Source: Pseudomonas aeruginosa (GTDB lineage: Bacteria; Pseudomonadota; Gammaproteobacteria; Pseudomonadales; Pseudomonadaceae). From it: a stretch of DNA of 32,000 bases. Below the pieces are notes generated by a model. The model was not told the origin of the DNA. It did not search any database and saw nothing but the letters and a program-made list of their open reading frames with translations. The stretch is from NCBI RefSeq assembly GCF_001457615.1, contig NZ_LN831024.1, forward strand, positions 810,001 to 842,000, read 5' to 3'. Shown in pieces: positions 18,068 through 27,705 of this stretch (its first letter is position 1; each line of letters starts with the position of its first letter). The position numbers and the translations under genes are program-made.

Positions 18068-18198
18068 CCAGTGCTTCCTTCTTTGGCTTGATGGGGCGAT
18101 CCGGCGGAGGCCGGGACCGAGGGTCTTGACCCGGCTGTTTTTATAGCCGCCTAATGGCTTGCCATACCCCACCAATTAGATAATCGAGGGCAGACCAT

Positions 18199-19689
18199 TT
18201 GTTCAGGCAGTCACTGCTCGAGTCGGTCAAGGCGCGCCTCCTCCATCCACAGCTCCAGGCCCTGCCGCTGCATGCGCGAATCCAGCGTGCGATCCGCCAA
18301 CTGATCCTCGACGGTGCGCTGGCGCCGGGCAATCCGTTGCCGGCCTCGCGGGCGCTGGCGCAGTCGTTGGGGGTATCCCGCGACACCGTCGAAGCGGCCT
18401 ATTCGCACCTGCATGCCGAGGGCTTCATCGAGCGTCGGGTCGGCAGCGGCAGCGTGGTCGCCGCGGCTACCCGGCTGTCCCCCGGCCGGCGCGGCGCGGG
18501 CGCTCCACGACGGGGCGGCGGCGCGCCGCGACTGAGCCGGCGTGGCGAGGCGATGCAGGCTGGCGGCGGGGTTCGCGAGCAGCTCGTCCCGCGCCCCTTC
18601 GCTCCCGGCGTGCCGGAGACCCGCACCTTTCCCCTGGCGACCTGGGAGCGCCTGCAGCGCCAGGTCCTCAAGGAATACGGCGCGCGCGCCCTGACCCATG
18701 GCGACCCGCAGGGTGCCGAACCGCTGCGCCAGGCGATCGCCGACTACGTCAACCTGGAGCGTGGCGCACGGGCCACGGCCGACCGGGTACTGGTGCTGAC
18801 CAGTTCGCAACAGGCGCTGGGTCTTTGCGCCAGCGTGCTGCTCGACGCCGGCGAGCGGATATTCGTCGAGGACCCGGCCTACTACGGCGCGCGCAAGGCC
18901 TTCGAGGCCGCAGGCCTGGAGTGCCTGCCGGTCCCGGTCGACGAACAGGGCCTGCGGCCCGAGCCGATCCTCGCCCAGCCGCAGGCGGCGCGGGCGCTGT
19001 GCCTGACCCCGTCGCACCATTACCCGACCGGCGTGACCCTGTCGCTGGAGCGCCGCCTGGCGCTGATCGAATGGGCGCAGCGGCAGCAGGCATGGATCAT
19101 CGAGGACGACTACGACAGCGAGTTCCACTACGCCGGCCGGCCCACCGCCTGCGTGCAAGGCCTGGACGCCCACGAGCGGACGCTCTACATCGGCACGTTC
19201 ACCAAGTCGCTGTTTCCCGGCCTGCGCATCGGCTACATGGTCCTGCCGCCGGCGCTGGTGGCGCCGATGACCGTCGCCCGCTCCCTGCAGGACGGGCACA
19301 ACGCCTCGCTGGCGCAACTGACCCTGGCGCGCTTCATCGCCGGCGGCCATTTCGGCGCCTATGTGCGCGGCATGCGCAATCTCTACGGCGAGCGCCTGGG
19401 ATTCCTCGCGGAGCGGGTGGGCAAGCGTCTGGGCGGCCTGGTCGAGCCGCGCGTGCCGGCCGGCGGGCTACAGATGCCCGGGCTGCTTTGCGCGGGAATC
19501 GACGAAACGCGCGCCATCGCGGCGGCATACCGCGCCGGTGTCGAGCTGGTCGGGCTCAGCGCCCTGCATCTCGCCGCGCCACCGCGAGCGGGTTTCCTGA
19601 TGGGCTTCGCCGCCTACACCACGGACGAGCTGGAGGCGGCGGTCGGGGTCCTCGCGAAGACCCTGCGCGGTTTGCGTGCGAATCCCTAG
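18199..19689 (+). CDS. MocR/PdxR-like GntR-family regulator with aminotransferase domain
   Basis: N-terminal GntR HTH (RIQRAIRQLILDGALAPGNPLPASRALAQSLGVSRDTVEAAYSHLHAEGFIERRVGSG) plus PLP aminotransferase domain (WIIEDDYDSEFHYAG...GTFTKSLFPGLRIGYMVLP). TTG start. Confidence 0.94.
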   Translation: MFRQSLLESVKARLLHPQLQALPLHARIQRAIRQLILDGALAPGNPLPASRALAQSLGVSRDTVEAAYSHLHAEGFIERRVGSGSVVAAATRLSPGRRGAGAPRRGGGAPRLSRRGEAMQAGGGVREQLVPRPFAPGVPETRTFPLATWERLQRQVLKEYGARALTHGDPQGAEPLRQAIADYVNLERGARATADRVLVLTSSQQALGLCASVLLDAGERIFVEDPAYYGARKAFEAAGLECLPVPVDEQGLRPEPILAQPQAARALCLTPSHHYPTGVTLSLERRLALIEWAQRQQAWIIEDDYDSEFHYAGRPTACVQGLDAHERTLYIGTFTKSLFPGLRIGYMVLPPALVAPMTVARSLQDGHNASLAQLTLARFIAGGHFGAYVRGMRNLYGERLGFLAERVGKRLGGLVEPRVPAGGLQMPGLLCAGIDETRAIAAAYRAGVELVGLSALHLAAPPRAGFLMGFAAYTTDELEAAVGVLAKTLRGLRANP

Positions 19690-19704
19690 GCCGCCGGCAA
19701 GCGC

Positions 19705-20031
19705 TCAGTCGCGCAGGGCGTAGACGTAGGCATCGACCTGGGCGCCGTCGGCCAGCGTTACCCGGGTCGCCACGCGCCGGTATTCGGTGCCTTCGAATTC
19801 ATCCAGCGCGGGCCAGTGCTCGGCGAGGCGGTCGGAGACGAACACATGGCCGTGGATTTCCTCGCCGTCGGCGTCGATCGCCAGGCCCGGAAAGCCCATC
19901 CCGGCACCCCAGCCCTTTTCCAGCAGGCGACCGCGGAGGCTGGCCGCCTGCCATTGCCCGCCGATCTTCTGCATCAGGTGTTCGTTGGGACGGCCGGGGC
20001 CGAGGCTGCCGTAGACGAAGAGTCGCTGCAT
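19705..20031 (-). CDS. Gamma-glutamylcyclotransferase (GGCT-like) family protein
   Basis: MQRLFVYGSLGPGRPNEHLMQ...FPGLAIDADGEEIHGHVFVSDRLAEHWPALDEFEGTEYRRVATRVTLADG is a GGCT fold signature. Confidence 0.92.
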   Translation of the reverse strand: MQRLFVYGSLGPGRPNEHLMQKIGGQWQAASLRGRLLEKGWGAGMGFPGLAIDADGEEIHGHVFVSDRLAEHWPALDEFEGTEYRRVATRVTLADGAQVDAYVYALRD

Positions 20032-20092
20032 CGATAACTCCCTTGAACGGAAGAGCGTGGGCGCAAGACGCGAAGCCTTCCGCCCGCGCCTT

Positions 20093-21802
20093 TCACTTGC
20101 TTGCCAGCGGTGGAGTACGCGGCGGCACGATACGCCGCGAGCCGGTCGACTCGAAGGCCGCGGCGAAGCGCAGCAGCGCCGAGTCGTCGTAGGCGCGGCC
20201 GGCGAAGGTCAGGCCCACCGGCATGCCGATGTCGGCCATCACCCCCATCGGTACGGTGACCGTCGGCACGCCGAGGTGGCGGATGGCGAGGTTGCCGTTG
20301 GCGACCCAGACACCGTTGCTCCAGGCGATGTCGGCCGAGGCCGGGTTGACGTCGGCGTCCGCCGGGCCGACGTCGGCGACGGTGGGGAAGAGCACGGCGT
20401 CCAGGCGCAGGCGTCGCATCCACTCCTCGAGGTCGATCCGCCGGGTTTCCTCGAGGCCGCGCAGGCCATCGGGGAGGGTCGCGATCCGGTCCCAGGGCTT
20501 GATGCCGCGCTCGGCCATCCGCACGTATTCGTCCATGCCGGCGGCCAGGTCGCCCTCGCGGTTGGGCAGGGTGCCGGGGTCGTGGGGGAAGATCTGCGGG
20601 CCGTCGACATCCGCCAGGCGGTTCAGCTTCGGATCGCCATTGGCGCGCAGGAAGTCGTCGAAGCCCCAGGCCGAGAGTTCCCACAGCTCGTCGTGGAGGA
20701 ATTCCTTCGACACCAGGCCGCGGTTGAACACGGTGGGCGCGCCGGGTCGGTCGCCTTCGCAGTTCGACACCAGCGGGAAGTCCACCTCGATCACTTCGGC
20801 GCCGGCGGCTTCCAGGGCCTTGCGCGCCTGTTCCCAGAGGGCGATGACCGAGGGCCGGGTATGGATGCGCTGGCCGGTCGGGCCGCCGATCCCGGGGGAC
20901 TCGCTGGTGCCCGCATCGGGGTCGGCGTTGATGAACATGCGCGGCACGCCGAAGCGCTTGCCGGCCAGGGCCTCGGCGCCTGCGGCCAGGGCCGGGTAGC
21001 TCGCCGGGCGTACCTCGGAGGCCTTGGGGATCGGCACCCAGGGCTGCATGCGCCAGAGGTCGCCGCGGGTATCGGGATCGTCGGCGACCACTACGTCGAG
21101 GATTTCCAGCAGGTCGGCCATGCTCCGCGCATAGGGCACCACCACGTCCATGGTCGGCGTCAGCGGCCAGTTGCCGCGCACCGAGATCACCCCGCGCGAA
21201 GGGGTGTAGGCGCACAGGCCGTTGTTCGACGCCGGGCCGCGCCCGCTCGACCAGGTTTCCTCGGCCAGGCCGAAGGCGGCGAAGCTGGCCGCGGTGGCGG
21301 TGCCGGCGCCATTGGAGGACCCCGAGGCGAAGGGCGCGGTGAGGTAGGCGGCATTGTACGGGCTCTCCGCGCGGCCGTAGACGCCGCGCTGCATGCCGCC
21401 GTTGGCCATGGGCGGCATGTTGGTCTTGCCCAGGCAGATCGCCCCGGCGGCGCGCAGGCGCTCGACGGTGAAGGCATCGCGCTGGGCCACCAGGTCCTTG
21501 AACGCCGGGCTGCCGGAAGCCGCGGTGAGGCCCTTGACCAGGTAGCTGTCCTTGGCGGTGTAGGGAATGCCGTCCAGCGGACCGAGGGGCTCGCCACGCG
21601 CCCGTCGGGCGTCGGAGGCCTGCGCTTCGGCCAGCGCATCGGGATTGCGCACCACCACCGCGTTCAGCGCGGTGGGCGTGCCGGGTGCATCGTAGGCGTC
21701 GATCCGCGCCAGGTAGGCCTGGACCAGTTCGACCGCCGTGGTACGACCGGACTCGAGCGCGTCACGCAGCTCGGCGATGGAAACCTCGGTGACCTCGATC
21801 AT
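20093..21802 (-). CDS. Amidase-signature family protein
   Basis: MIEVTEVSIAELRDALESGRTTAVELVQAYLARIDAYD...PLGPLDGIPYTAKDSYLVKGLTAASGSPAF...APFASGSSNGAGTATAASFAAFGLAEET matches the amidase-signature region. Confidence 0.95.
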   Translation of the reverse strand: MIEVTEVSIAELRDALESGRTTAVELVQAYLARIDAYDAPGTPTALNAVVVRNPDALAEAQASDARRARGEPLGPLDGIPYTAKDSYLVKGLTAASGSPAFKDLVAQRDAFTVERLRAAGAICLGKTNMPPMANGGMQRGVYGRAESPYNAAYLTAPFASGSSNGAGTATAASFAAFGLAEETWSSGRGPASNNGLCAYTPSRGVISVRGNWPLTPTMDVVVPYARSMADLLEILDVVVADDPDTRGDLWRMQPWVPIPKASEVRPASYPALAAGAEALAGKRFGVPRMFINADPDAGTSESPGIGGPTGQRIHTRPSVIALWEQARKALEAAGAEVIEVDFPLVSNCEGDRPGAPTVFNRGLVSKEFLHDELWELSAWGFDDFLRANGDPKLNRLADVDGPQIFPHDPGTLPNREGDLAAGMDEYVRMAERGIKPWDRIATLPDGLRGLEETRRIDLEEWMRRLRLDAVLFPTVADVGPADADVNPASADIAWSNGVWVANGNLAIRHLGVPTVTVPMGVMADIGMPVGLTFAGRAYDDSALLRFAAAFESTGSRRIVPPRTPPLASK

Positions 21803-22106
21803 GCTGTCACCGCCTGGCGAATGGAGACGGGGAGACCGTTAGCGACGCTCATCATCGTTCCTCTTGTTCTCTGCTTGCTGCGACGGGGGCCGCGAGGCGG
21901 CCGGGTCGATACAGGGGATGCAGTGTACATCCTGGCCGGCGCTCGCGGCTTCCCTGGCGGGGCGCGGCAACGGCCTCGCAGGTCCTGGCCAGTGTCTGGG
22001 GTTGCCGCCGAAGCGCGGCGTCGGAGAACGTCCGCGGGCTGTCGCCGGCCGCCGGCGAGGCGTAAGGTGCGGCGTCGGGGGGACCATTTCACACAGGGGA
22101 ATCGTC

Positions 22107-22823
22107 ATGACGAATCATCGTACCGCGCTGGTCACCGGCGCCACCCGTGGCATCGGCCTGGCCCTGGCCAGGCGCTTGGCGGCCTCCGGCTGGAGTGTAG
22201 TGGGCATCGCCCGCCATGCCAGCGACGACTTTCCTGGGCGTCTGCTGTGCTGCGACCTGGCCGATCCTGCGCAAACCGCCGAGACGCTGCGCGGATTGCT
22301 CTCGGAAAGCGCCGTGGATGCCTTGGTCAACAACGCCGGGATCGCCTTGCCGCAAAGCCTGGAGAACCTCGACCTGGCCGCTCTGCAACAGGTCTTCGAC
22401 CTCAACGTGCGGGTCGCCGTGCAGCTTGCCCAGGCCTGCCTGCCGGGGCTCAAGCGTTCGCCGGCGGGCCGCATCGTCAACCTGTGCAGCCGGGCGATCC
22501 ACGGCGCCCGCGAACGCACCGCCTACGCCGCGGCGAAGAGCGCGCTGGTCGGGGTGACTCGCACCTGGGCGCTGGAGCTGGCGCCGCTGGGCATCACGGT
22601 CAACGCGGTGGCGCCCGGGCCGATCGAGACCGAGCTGTTCCGCCAGACCCGCCCGGTCGGCGGCGAGGAGGAACGGCGGATTCTCTCGACCATCCCCATG
22701 CAGCGGCTCGGGCGGCCGGACGAAGTGGCCGCGCTGATCGAGTTCCTGCTCAGCGAGGGCGCTTCGTTCGTCACCGGCCAGGTGATCGGTGTCGACGGCG
22801 GCGGCAGCCTGGGCGGTCGTTGA
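22107..22823 (+). CDS. Short-chain dehydrogenase/reductase
   Basis: [33 protein letters not shown]...[13 protein letters not shown]...[38 protein letters not shown]: classical TGxxxGIG, NNAG and YxxxK. Confidence 0.95.
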   Translation: MTNHRTALVTGATRGIGLALARRLAASGWSVVGIARHASDDFPGRLLCCDLADPAQTAETLRGLLSESAVDALVNNAGIALPQSLENLDLAALQQVFDLNVRVAVQLAQACLPGLKRSPAGRIVNLCSRAIHGARERTAYAAAKSALVGVTRTWALELAPLGITVNAVAPGPIETELFRQTRPVGGEEERRILSTIPMQRLGRPDEVAALIEFLLSEGASFVTGQVIGVDGGGSLGGR

Positions 22824-22832
22824 GGCCGGGGC

Positions 22833-23864
22833 TCAGATCCGGCGGCTGCGCAGCAGTAGCCAGAGCAGGTAGAAACCGCCGAGCAGGCCGGTCATCAGGC
22901 CGATCGGCAGGTTGGCGACGTATGCCAGGCGCTGGCCGAGCAGGTCGGCGGCCAGCAGCAGGACCGCGCCCATCAATGCGCCGGACAGCAACGGCACCCC
23001 GGCCGAGCGGGTCAGGCGCCGGGCCAGTTGCGGGCCGGCCAGGGCGATGAAGGCGATGGGGCCGGCCGCGGCGGTGGCGATGGCGGTCATGCCGACGGCG
23101 ACCAGGACCATCTGCAAGCGCACGCGCTCCACCGCCACGCCGAGCTGGGCGGCGCTGGCATCGCCCAGCTCCAGCACTTCCAGGCGACGACCGTGGTACA
23201 GCGCCAGCGGCACGCTGGCGAGCAGGCCCAGCGCTGCCGGGACGACGTGCGACCAGGTCCGGGTGTTCAGCGAGCCGGCCAGCCAGAGCTGGGCGTACAT
23301 CGCCTGGTCGAGGTTGCCGGTGACCAGCAGCAGGCTGTTCAGGCCCGACAGGCTGGCGCCGACACCGATGCCCACCAGCACCAGGCGGTAGCCGCCGGCG
23401 GTGGCGCCCCGGCGCGCCAGCAGCACCACCGCCAGCGCCGTGCAGAGGCCGGCGGCCAGCGCCGCCAGCGAGGTGGCCAGCGGGCCGGCATCGAACAGGA
23501 TGATCTGCACGATGGCGCCGCTGGCGGCGCCGGTGGTGAAACCGATGACGTCGGGCGAGCCCAGCGGATTGCGCGAGATCGACTGGAAGATCGCCCCGGC
23601 CATGCCCAGCGCGGCGCCGACCAGGCAGGCGGTGAGCACCCGTGGCAGGCGTACGCGCTGGACGATGCGCTGGGCGGTGGGGTCCTGGCCCTGGCCGAGC
23701 AGGCTGGCGAACACCTCTGCCGGGCCCAGCGCCAGGCTGCCGGTCCCCAGCAGCGCCGCCGCCAGCGCCAGCCCGACCCCCGCGAGGACCACGCAGGCCA
23801 GCGCCGCCCGTGGCCGCCAACGCAGCGACAGGGAGCCCAGGCGCAGGGCGTGGAGACCGTTCAC
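22833..23864 (-). CDS. fepG: Ferric-siderophore ABC transporter permease (FecCD family)
   Basis: VNGLHALRLGSLSLRWRPRAALACVVLAG...RLPRVLTACLVGAALGMAGAIFQSISRNPLGSPDVIGFTTGA...AGPIAFIALAGPQLARRLT. GTG start overlaps the upstream permease stop. Confidence 0.92.
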   Translation of the reverse strand: MNGLHALRLGSLSLRWRPRAALACVVLAGVGLALAAALLGTGSLALGPAEVFASLLGQGQDPTAQRIVQRVRLPRVLTACLVGAALGMAGAIFQSISRNPLGSPDVIGFTTGAASGAIVQIILFDAGPLATSLAALAAGLCTALAVVLLARRGATAGGYRLVLVGIGVGASLSGLNSLLLVTGNLDQAMYAQLWLAGSLNTRTWSHVVPAALGLLASVPLALYHGRRLEVLELGDASAAQLGVAVERVRLQMVLVAVGMTAIATAAAGPIAFIALAGPQLARRLTRSAGVPLLSGALMGAVLLLAADLLGQRLAYVANLPIGLMTGLLGGFYLLWLLLRSRRI

Positions 23865-24910
23865 AGGCGGCTCAGGCGGAAGCGCCTGACCAGGACGATG
23901 AAGGCCGGTCCGCCGAGCAGCAAAGCGACGATTCCGGCGGCGATCTCCGCCGGCGCCGCCAGCAGCCGCCCGAGGATGTCGGCGCCGAGCAGCAGGCCGG
24001 CGGCGATCAGCGCCGAGAAAGGCAGGATCCAGCGCTGGTCCGGTCCGGCCAGCAGTCGCGCGAGGTGCGGGGCGACCAGGCCGACGAAGGCGATCGGCCC
24101 GGCCAGGGCGGTCGCCGCGCCGGCCAGCAGCATCACCGCCAGGCAGGCGAGCAGCCAGGTCAGGCGCAGGTCGACGCCGAGCGCCCGGCCGATCTCCTGG
24201 CCCAGGGCCAGGGCATTGAGCCTGGCGGCGAGGGCGAAGGCGGCGGCCAGCCCGGCGCCGATGGCCAGGCCCGGCCATCCGAGCAGGGCGAAGCCGCTGC
24301 CGGAAAGCGAGCCGGCGGCCCAGTGGCGGAAGCGGTCGAAGACTTCCGGCGGGGCGTTCAGCACGATGATCCCGGTCAGCGAGGCGAGCATCACTGACAA
24401 GCCGGCACCCGCCAGCACCAGGCGCACCGGGTTGGTGCCGGTCTCGCGGGCCTGGCCGAGAAGGAATACGGCGATGCCGGCCAGGCCGGCGCCGAGGAAG
24501 GCGCAACCGAGGTACTGGCCCATGCTCGCCAGGTCGAACAGCGCGACCCCGACGATCACCGCCAGCGCCGCGCCGGCGTTGATCCCCAGCAGGCCGGGTT
24601 CGGCCAGCGGATTGCGCGTCAGCGCCTGCATCAGCGCGCCGGCCACTCCCAGCGCCGCGCCGGCCAGCAGCGCCACCAGGGTGCGTGGCAGGCGCAGTTC
24701 GCGTACCACCAGGTGGCGATCATCGTGCGGATCGACGGCTTGCAGGGCGTCCAGGGTGACCGCCAGGGGCACCGGCCGCGAGCCCAGCGCCAGGCTGGCC
24801 AGGGCCGCCAGCGCGAGCAGCAGCGCGCCGGCGAGCAGGCCCCAGGCGCGCAGGCGCCGGCGGCGCATCGGGGACGCCTGCATGAGCGGACTTCCGGCGA
24901 ACGGGCGCAT
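23861..24910 (-). CDS. fepD: Ferric-siderophore ABC transporter permease (FecCD family)
   Basis: RELRLPRTLVALLAGAALGVAGALMQALTRNPLAEPGLLGINAGAALAVIVGV...GPIAFVGLVAPHLARLLAGPDQRWILPFSALIAAGLLLGADILGR. The exact start could be an internal Met such as MQASPMRRR or MRRRRL. Confidence 0.92.
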   Translation of the reverse strand: MRPFAGSPLMQASPMRRRRLRAWGLLAGALLLALAALASLALGSRPVPLAVTLDALQAVDPHDDRHLVVRELRLPRTLVALLAGAALGVAGALMQALTRNPLAEPGLLGINAGAALAVIVGVALFDLASMGQYLGCAFLGAGLAGIAVFLLGQARETGTNPVRLVLAGAGLSVMLASLTGIIVLNAPPEVFDRFRHWAAGSLSGSGFALLGWPGLAIGAGLAAAFALAARLNALALGQEIGRALGVDLRLTWLLACLAVMLLAGAATALAGPIAFVGLVAPHLARLLAGPDQRWILPFSALIAAGLLLGADILGRLLAAPAEIAAGIVALLLGGPAFIVLVRRFRLSRL

Positions 24911-24913
24911 GGC

Positions 24914-25819
24914 TCAGCGGAAATGGCGGGCGACGTTGTCGATCATCTGCCGTCCCGAGTAGTAGTCGATGCGGAAGGAACTGGGGCCCAGGGCGTACAC
25001 GCGCTTTTCGCGGACCGCCGACAGGTTGGCCAGCACCGGGTCGGCGAGGAACGCCTGCACGTCGTCGTCGCTGGCGCCGAGCAGGAACACGCTGTCGCCG
25101 GCGATGGCGGCGGGCAGGTTTTCCCGCGAGATGAACTGGAAGTCCGAGGCGCGCGTCACCTTGCCCGCCAGCGCCTCCGGCAGTTCCGCCACCTGGAAGC
25201 CGAGGGCCTCGAGCAGGCGTGCCTGGGGGCTGGCCTGGCGGCCGATGGAATAGCTGCCGGCGATGTTGTAGCCGACCACGCTGACCGGGCCCTGCGGCGG
25301 CGCGATGGCCGCGGCGACTTCGGCGGTGTAGGCGTCGAAGCGCTGGATGGCGGCCTGCGCCTGGCGTTCCAGGCCGGTGTGCCGGCCCAGCTCGGTAGCC
25401 AGTTCCTGCCAGCTGTGTTTCGAGTAGTCGACCACCAGCGTCGGTACGCCCTGCGCCTCCAGCTCCGCACGGTATGGCGCGGCGCTGTCGGCGCCGGTGG
25501 CGGAGGCGACCAGCAGGTCCGGATCCTGGGCGATCACCGCTTCGATGTCGAAGCGCAGGTTGCGGTAGAGCACCTCGACGCCACGTTGGTCGGCGACCTT
25601 CGCCCATTGCGAGAAGAAGCCCTTGGCGTCGGTCAGGCGACTGGGCGTGGTGGCGGCGCTGGCCACCAGCGGTGCGTCCATCGCCAGCAGGATGCCGGTG
25701 ACGCTCGGGGTGGTGGAGACGATCCGCGCCGGCTTCGGCTCCCCGGCCGCGGCGAGGGTGGCGAACAGGCTCAGGGCGAGGGCGAGTAACGGCAGGGCGG
25801 AGCGGCGGCGGGTCGGCAT
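24914..25819 (-). CDS. fepB: Ferric-siderophore periplasmic binding protein
   Basis: Signal peptide MPTRRRSALPLLALALSLFATLAAAG then EPKPARIVSTTPSVTGILLAMDAPLVASAATTPS...VEVLYRNLRFDIEAVIAQDPDLLVAS. Confidence 0.92.
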   Translation of the reverse strand: MPTRRRSALPLLALALSLFATLAAAGEPKPARIVSTTPSVTGILLAMDAPLVASAATTPSRLTDAKGFFSQWAKVADQRGVEVLYRNLRFDIEAVIAQDPDLLVASATGADSAAPYRAELEAQGVPTLVVDYSKHSWQELATELGRHTGLERQAQAAIQRFDAYTAEVAAAIAPPQGPVSVVGYNIAGSYSIGRQASPQARLLEALGFQVAELPEALAGKVTRASDFQFISRENLPAAIAGDSVFLLGASDDDVQAFLADPVLANLSAVREKRVYALGPSSFRIDYYSGRQMIDNVARHFR

Positions 25820-25864
25820 GAAGGCTGTTTTCGCTGTAGGGGAAGCCGGGCGGACGGATTCATA

Positions 25865-25879
25865 TGATAATGCTTCTCA
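25865..25879. promoter_or_regulatory. Fur-like box in the fepB/fepC divergent promoter
   Basis: TGATAATGCTTCTCA vs 7-1-7 consensus TGATAATNATTATCA, 12/14 defined positions match. Confidence 0.6.
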
Positions 25880-25896
25880 TGCAGTCTATTCCATAA

Positions 25897-25914
25897 TGTA
25901 GAATCGATTCCACA
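25897..25914. promoter_or_regulatory. Candidate IclR-type operator dyad, copy 1 (fepB/fepC intergenic)
   Basis: TGTAGAATCGATTCCACA: arms TGTAGAATC / GATTCCACA are inverted repeats with one mismatch. 14/18 identical to 27708-27725. Confidence 0.5.
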
Positions 25915-25945
25915 TATTCGAGCCATTCTTATCCAGGAACCTCCC

Positions 25946-26743
25946 ATGACCCATCGCCTGCACGCGGACGCCGTGACCTTGCGCCGCGACGCGCGGACCG
26001 TTTCGCGGAATCTCTCGCTGGCCATCCCCGAGGGTTCGTTCAGTGTGATCGTCGGGCCCAACGCCTGCGGCAAGTCGACCCTGCTGGCGGCATTGTCGCG
26101 CCTGTTGGCGCCGGCCGAGGGCCGGGTGGTGCTGGACGGCAGGGATATCCACAGCCTGCCGGGACGGGAAGTGGCGCGGCGTCTCGGCCTGCTGCCGCAG
26201 AGCGCGCTGGCGCCGGATGGCATCACGGTGGCCGAGCTGGTGGCGCGCGGGCGCTATCCGCACCAGTCGTTCCTGCGCCAGTGGTCGCCGGCGGATGAGC
26301 GCGCGGTAGCGGCGGCGTTACGCGCCACGCGGGTAGACGGCCTGGCCGAGCGACCGCTCGATGCGCTCTCCGGCGGCCAGCGGCAACGCGTGTGGATCGC
26401 CATGGTGCTGGCGCAGGAAACCCCGTTGCTGCTGCTCGACGAGCCAACCACCTACCTGGATATCGTCCACCAGATCGAATTGCTCGAACTGCTCGCCGAG
26501 CTGAATCGCCAGGGGCGCACCATCGTCGCCGTGCTGCACGACCTCAACCAGGCCTGCCGCTATGCCTCGCACCTGATCGCCATGCGTGACGGCGCGATCC
26601 TCGCCGAGGGCGCGCCGGCGCATATCTTCACCGAGCGTCTGGTGGAGGAGGTGTTCGGCTTGCGCTCGTTGATCATCGCCGACCCGGTCAGCGGCACGCC
26701 GCTGCTGGTGCCGCGCGGGATCGCCGCCGACGCGCCGGGCTGA
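25946..26743 (+). CDS. fepC: Ferric-siderophore ABC transporter ATPase
   Basis: Walker A GPNACGKSTLL, signature LSGGQRQR, Walker B LLLLDEPTTYLD. Divergent from fepB. Confidence 0.94.
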   Translation: MTHRLHADAVTLRRDARTVSRNLSLAIPEGSFSVIVGPNACGKSTLLAALSRLLAPAEGRVVLDGRDIHSLPGREVARRLGLLPQSALAPDGITVAELVARGRYPHQSFLRQWSPADERAVAAALRATRVDGLAERPLDALSGGQRQRVWIAMVLAQETPLLLLDEPTTYLDIVHQIELLELLAELNRQGRTIVAVLHDLNQACRYASHLIAMRDGAILAEGAPAHIFTERLVEEVFGLRSLIIADPVSGTPLLVPRGIAADAPG

Positions 26744-26749
26744 GGTGGC

Positions 26750-27568
26750 TCAGCGCGGCGGCGGCCGCATGCCGGGGTGGAGTACCAGGCCACCGGTGGA
26801 CTGGTTGACCTGCAGCGCCTCGTGGAACAGCGCGTCGCGGTCTTCCGCCGACTGCAACTGGCCGAGATCGGTCACCGTGGTCATGGCGCAGACGATCTCC
26901 TGCTGGGCGTCGAACACCGGCGCCGCCTGGCCGGTGACATTCGACAGCAGGTGGCTGGTCAGTTCGGCCCAGCAGCGCTCACGCACCTCGTCGAGCAGCG
27001 CGCGGCTCGGCGGGCTGCCGCGGAAGTGCGCCGGTTGCTGCTTGCGCGCGGCGTCGACCACGGCCTTCGGCAGGAAGGCCTGGAACACCAGGCCGCAAGC
27101 GGTATTGTCGATGGGCAGGATATCGCCCAGGGCCAGCGGGTTGATCGAGAAATAGGCGCTGCGGTACCAGCGCACCAGGGTCGGGCCGCGCTCGGTCCAG
27201 ATCGCCACCCCGCCGCTGGCGGCATGCCGTTGGGCCAGGGCCTTCATGTGGCGGGCGGCGATATCCACCGCGTCGATCCGCTTCAGCGCGCCTATGCCGA
27301 TGCTCAGCGCCGCCGGCCCGAGGTCGTAGAGACCGCTGAGCGGGTCCTGGCGGGCCAGGCCTTCCTTCACCAGGCTCTGCAGGTAGCGGTGCGCGGTGGA
27401 GCCGCCGGTGCCGGTGCGCCGGGCCACTTCGCCGAGGGCCAGTTCGCCTTCGGCGTTGGCCAGGGTCTTCAGGAAGCGCGCGGCGATGGACACCGACTGG
27501 ATGGTGCCGGAGCGCTTTTCGCCCGGGGCGTCCGGCATCTCGTCCGCCGGGGGCTGCGAAGTATTCAA
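26750..27568 (-). CDS. IclR-family transcriptional regulator
   Basis: SGTIQSVSIAARFLKTLANAEGELALGEVARRTGTGGSTAHRYLQSLVKEGLARQDPLSGLYDLGPAALSIGIGAL is an IclR HTH plus effector domain. TTG start with upstream GAGGAG. Confidence 0.92.
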   Translation of the reverse strand: MNTSQPPADEMPDAPGEKRSGTIQSVSIAARFLKTLANAEGELALGEVARRTGTGGSTAHRYLQSLVKEGLARQDPLSGLYDLGPAALSIGIGALKRIDAVDIAARHMKALAQRHAASGGVAIWTERGPTLVRWYRSAYFSINPLALGDILPIDNTACGLVFQAFLPKAVVDAARKQQPAHFRGSPPSRALLDEVRERCWAELTSHLLSNVTGQAAPVFDAQQEIVCAMTTVTDLGQLQSAEDRDALFHEALQVNQSTGGLVLHPGMRPPPR

Positions 27569-27705
27569 CGGCTCGGTCTCCTCACCACGGTTGATCCATA
27601 GGCTTCGGTCCGCGCTGCGGTGGCGCGGGCGGCGCCCATGATACCGATTCCCCGGGGCGGTGGGGCGCCGCGGAAGGGACGGGTGTAGGAGATTTCATAT
27701 TTCGC

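Noticed and set aside
20057-23050. 997-aa + strand ORF
   Set aside because: It runs antisense to the amidase and out of frame with the SDR; low-complexity Arg/Ala/Gly-rich translation typical of spurious frames in high-GC codon-biased DNA.
22833-24506. 557-aa version of the fepG ORF
   Set aside because: The first ~214 residues are Arg/Pro-rich frame read-through over fepD; the conserved permease begins at the GTG at 23864.
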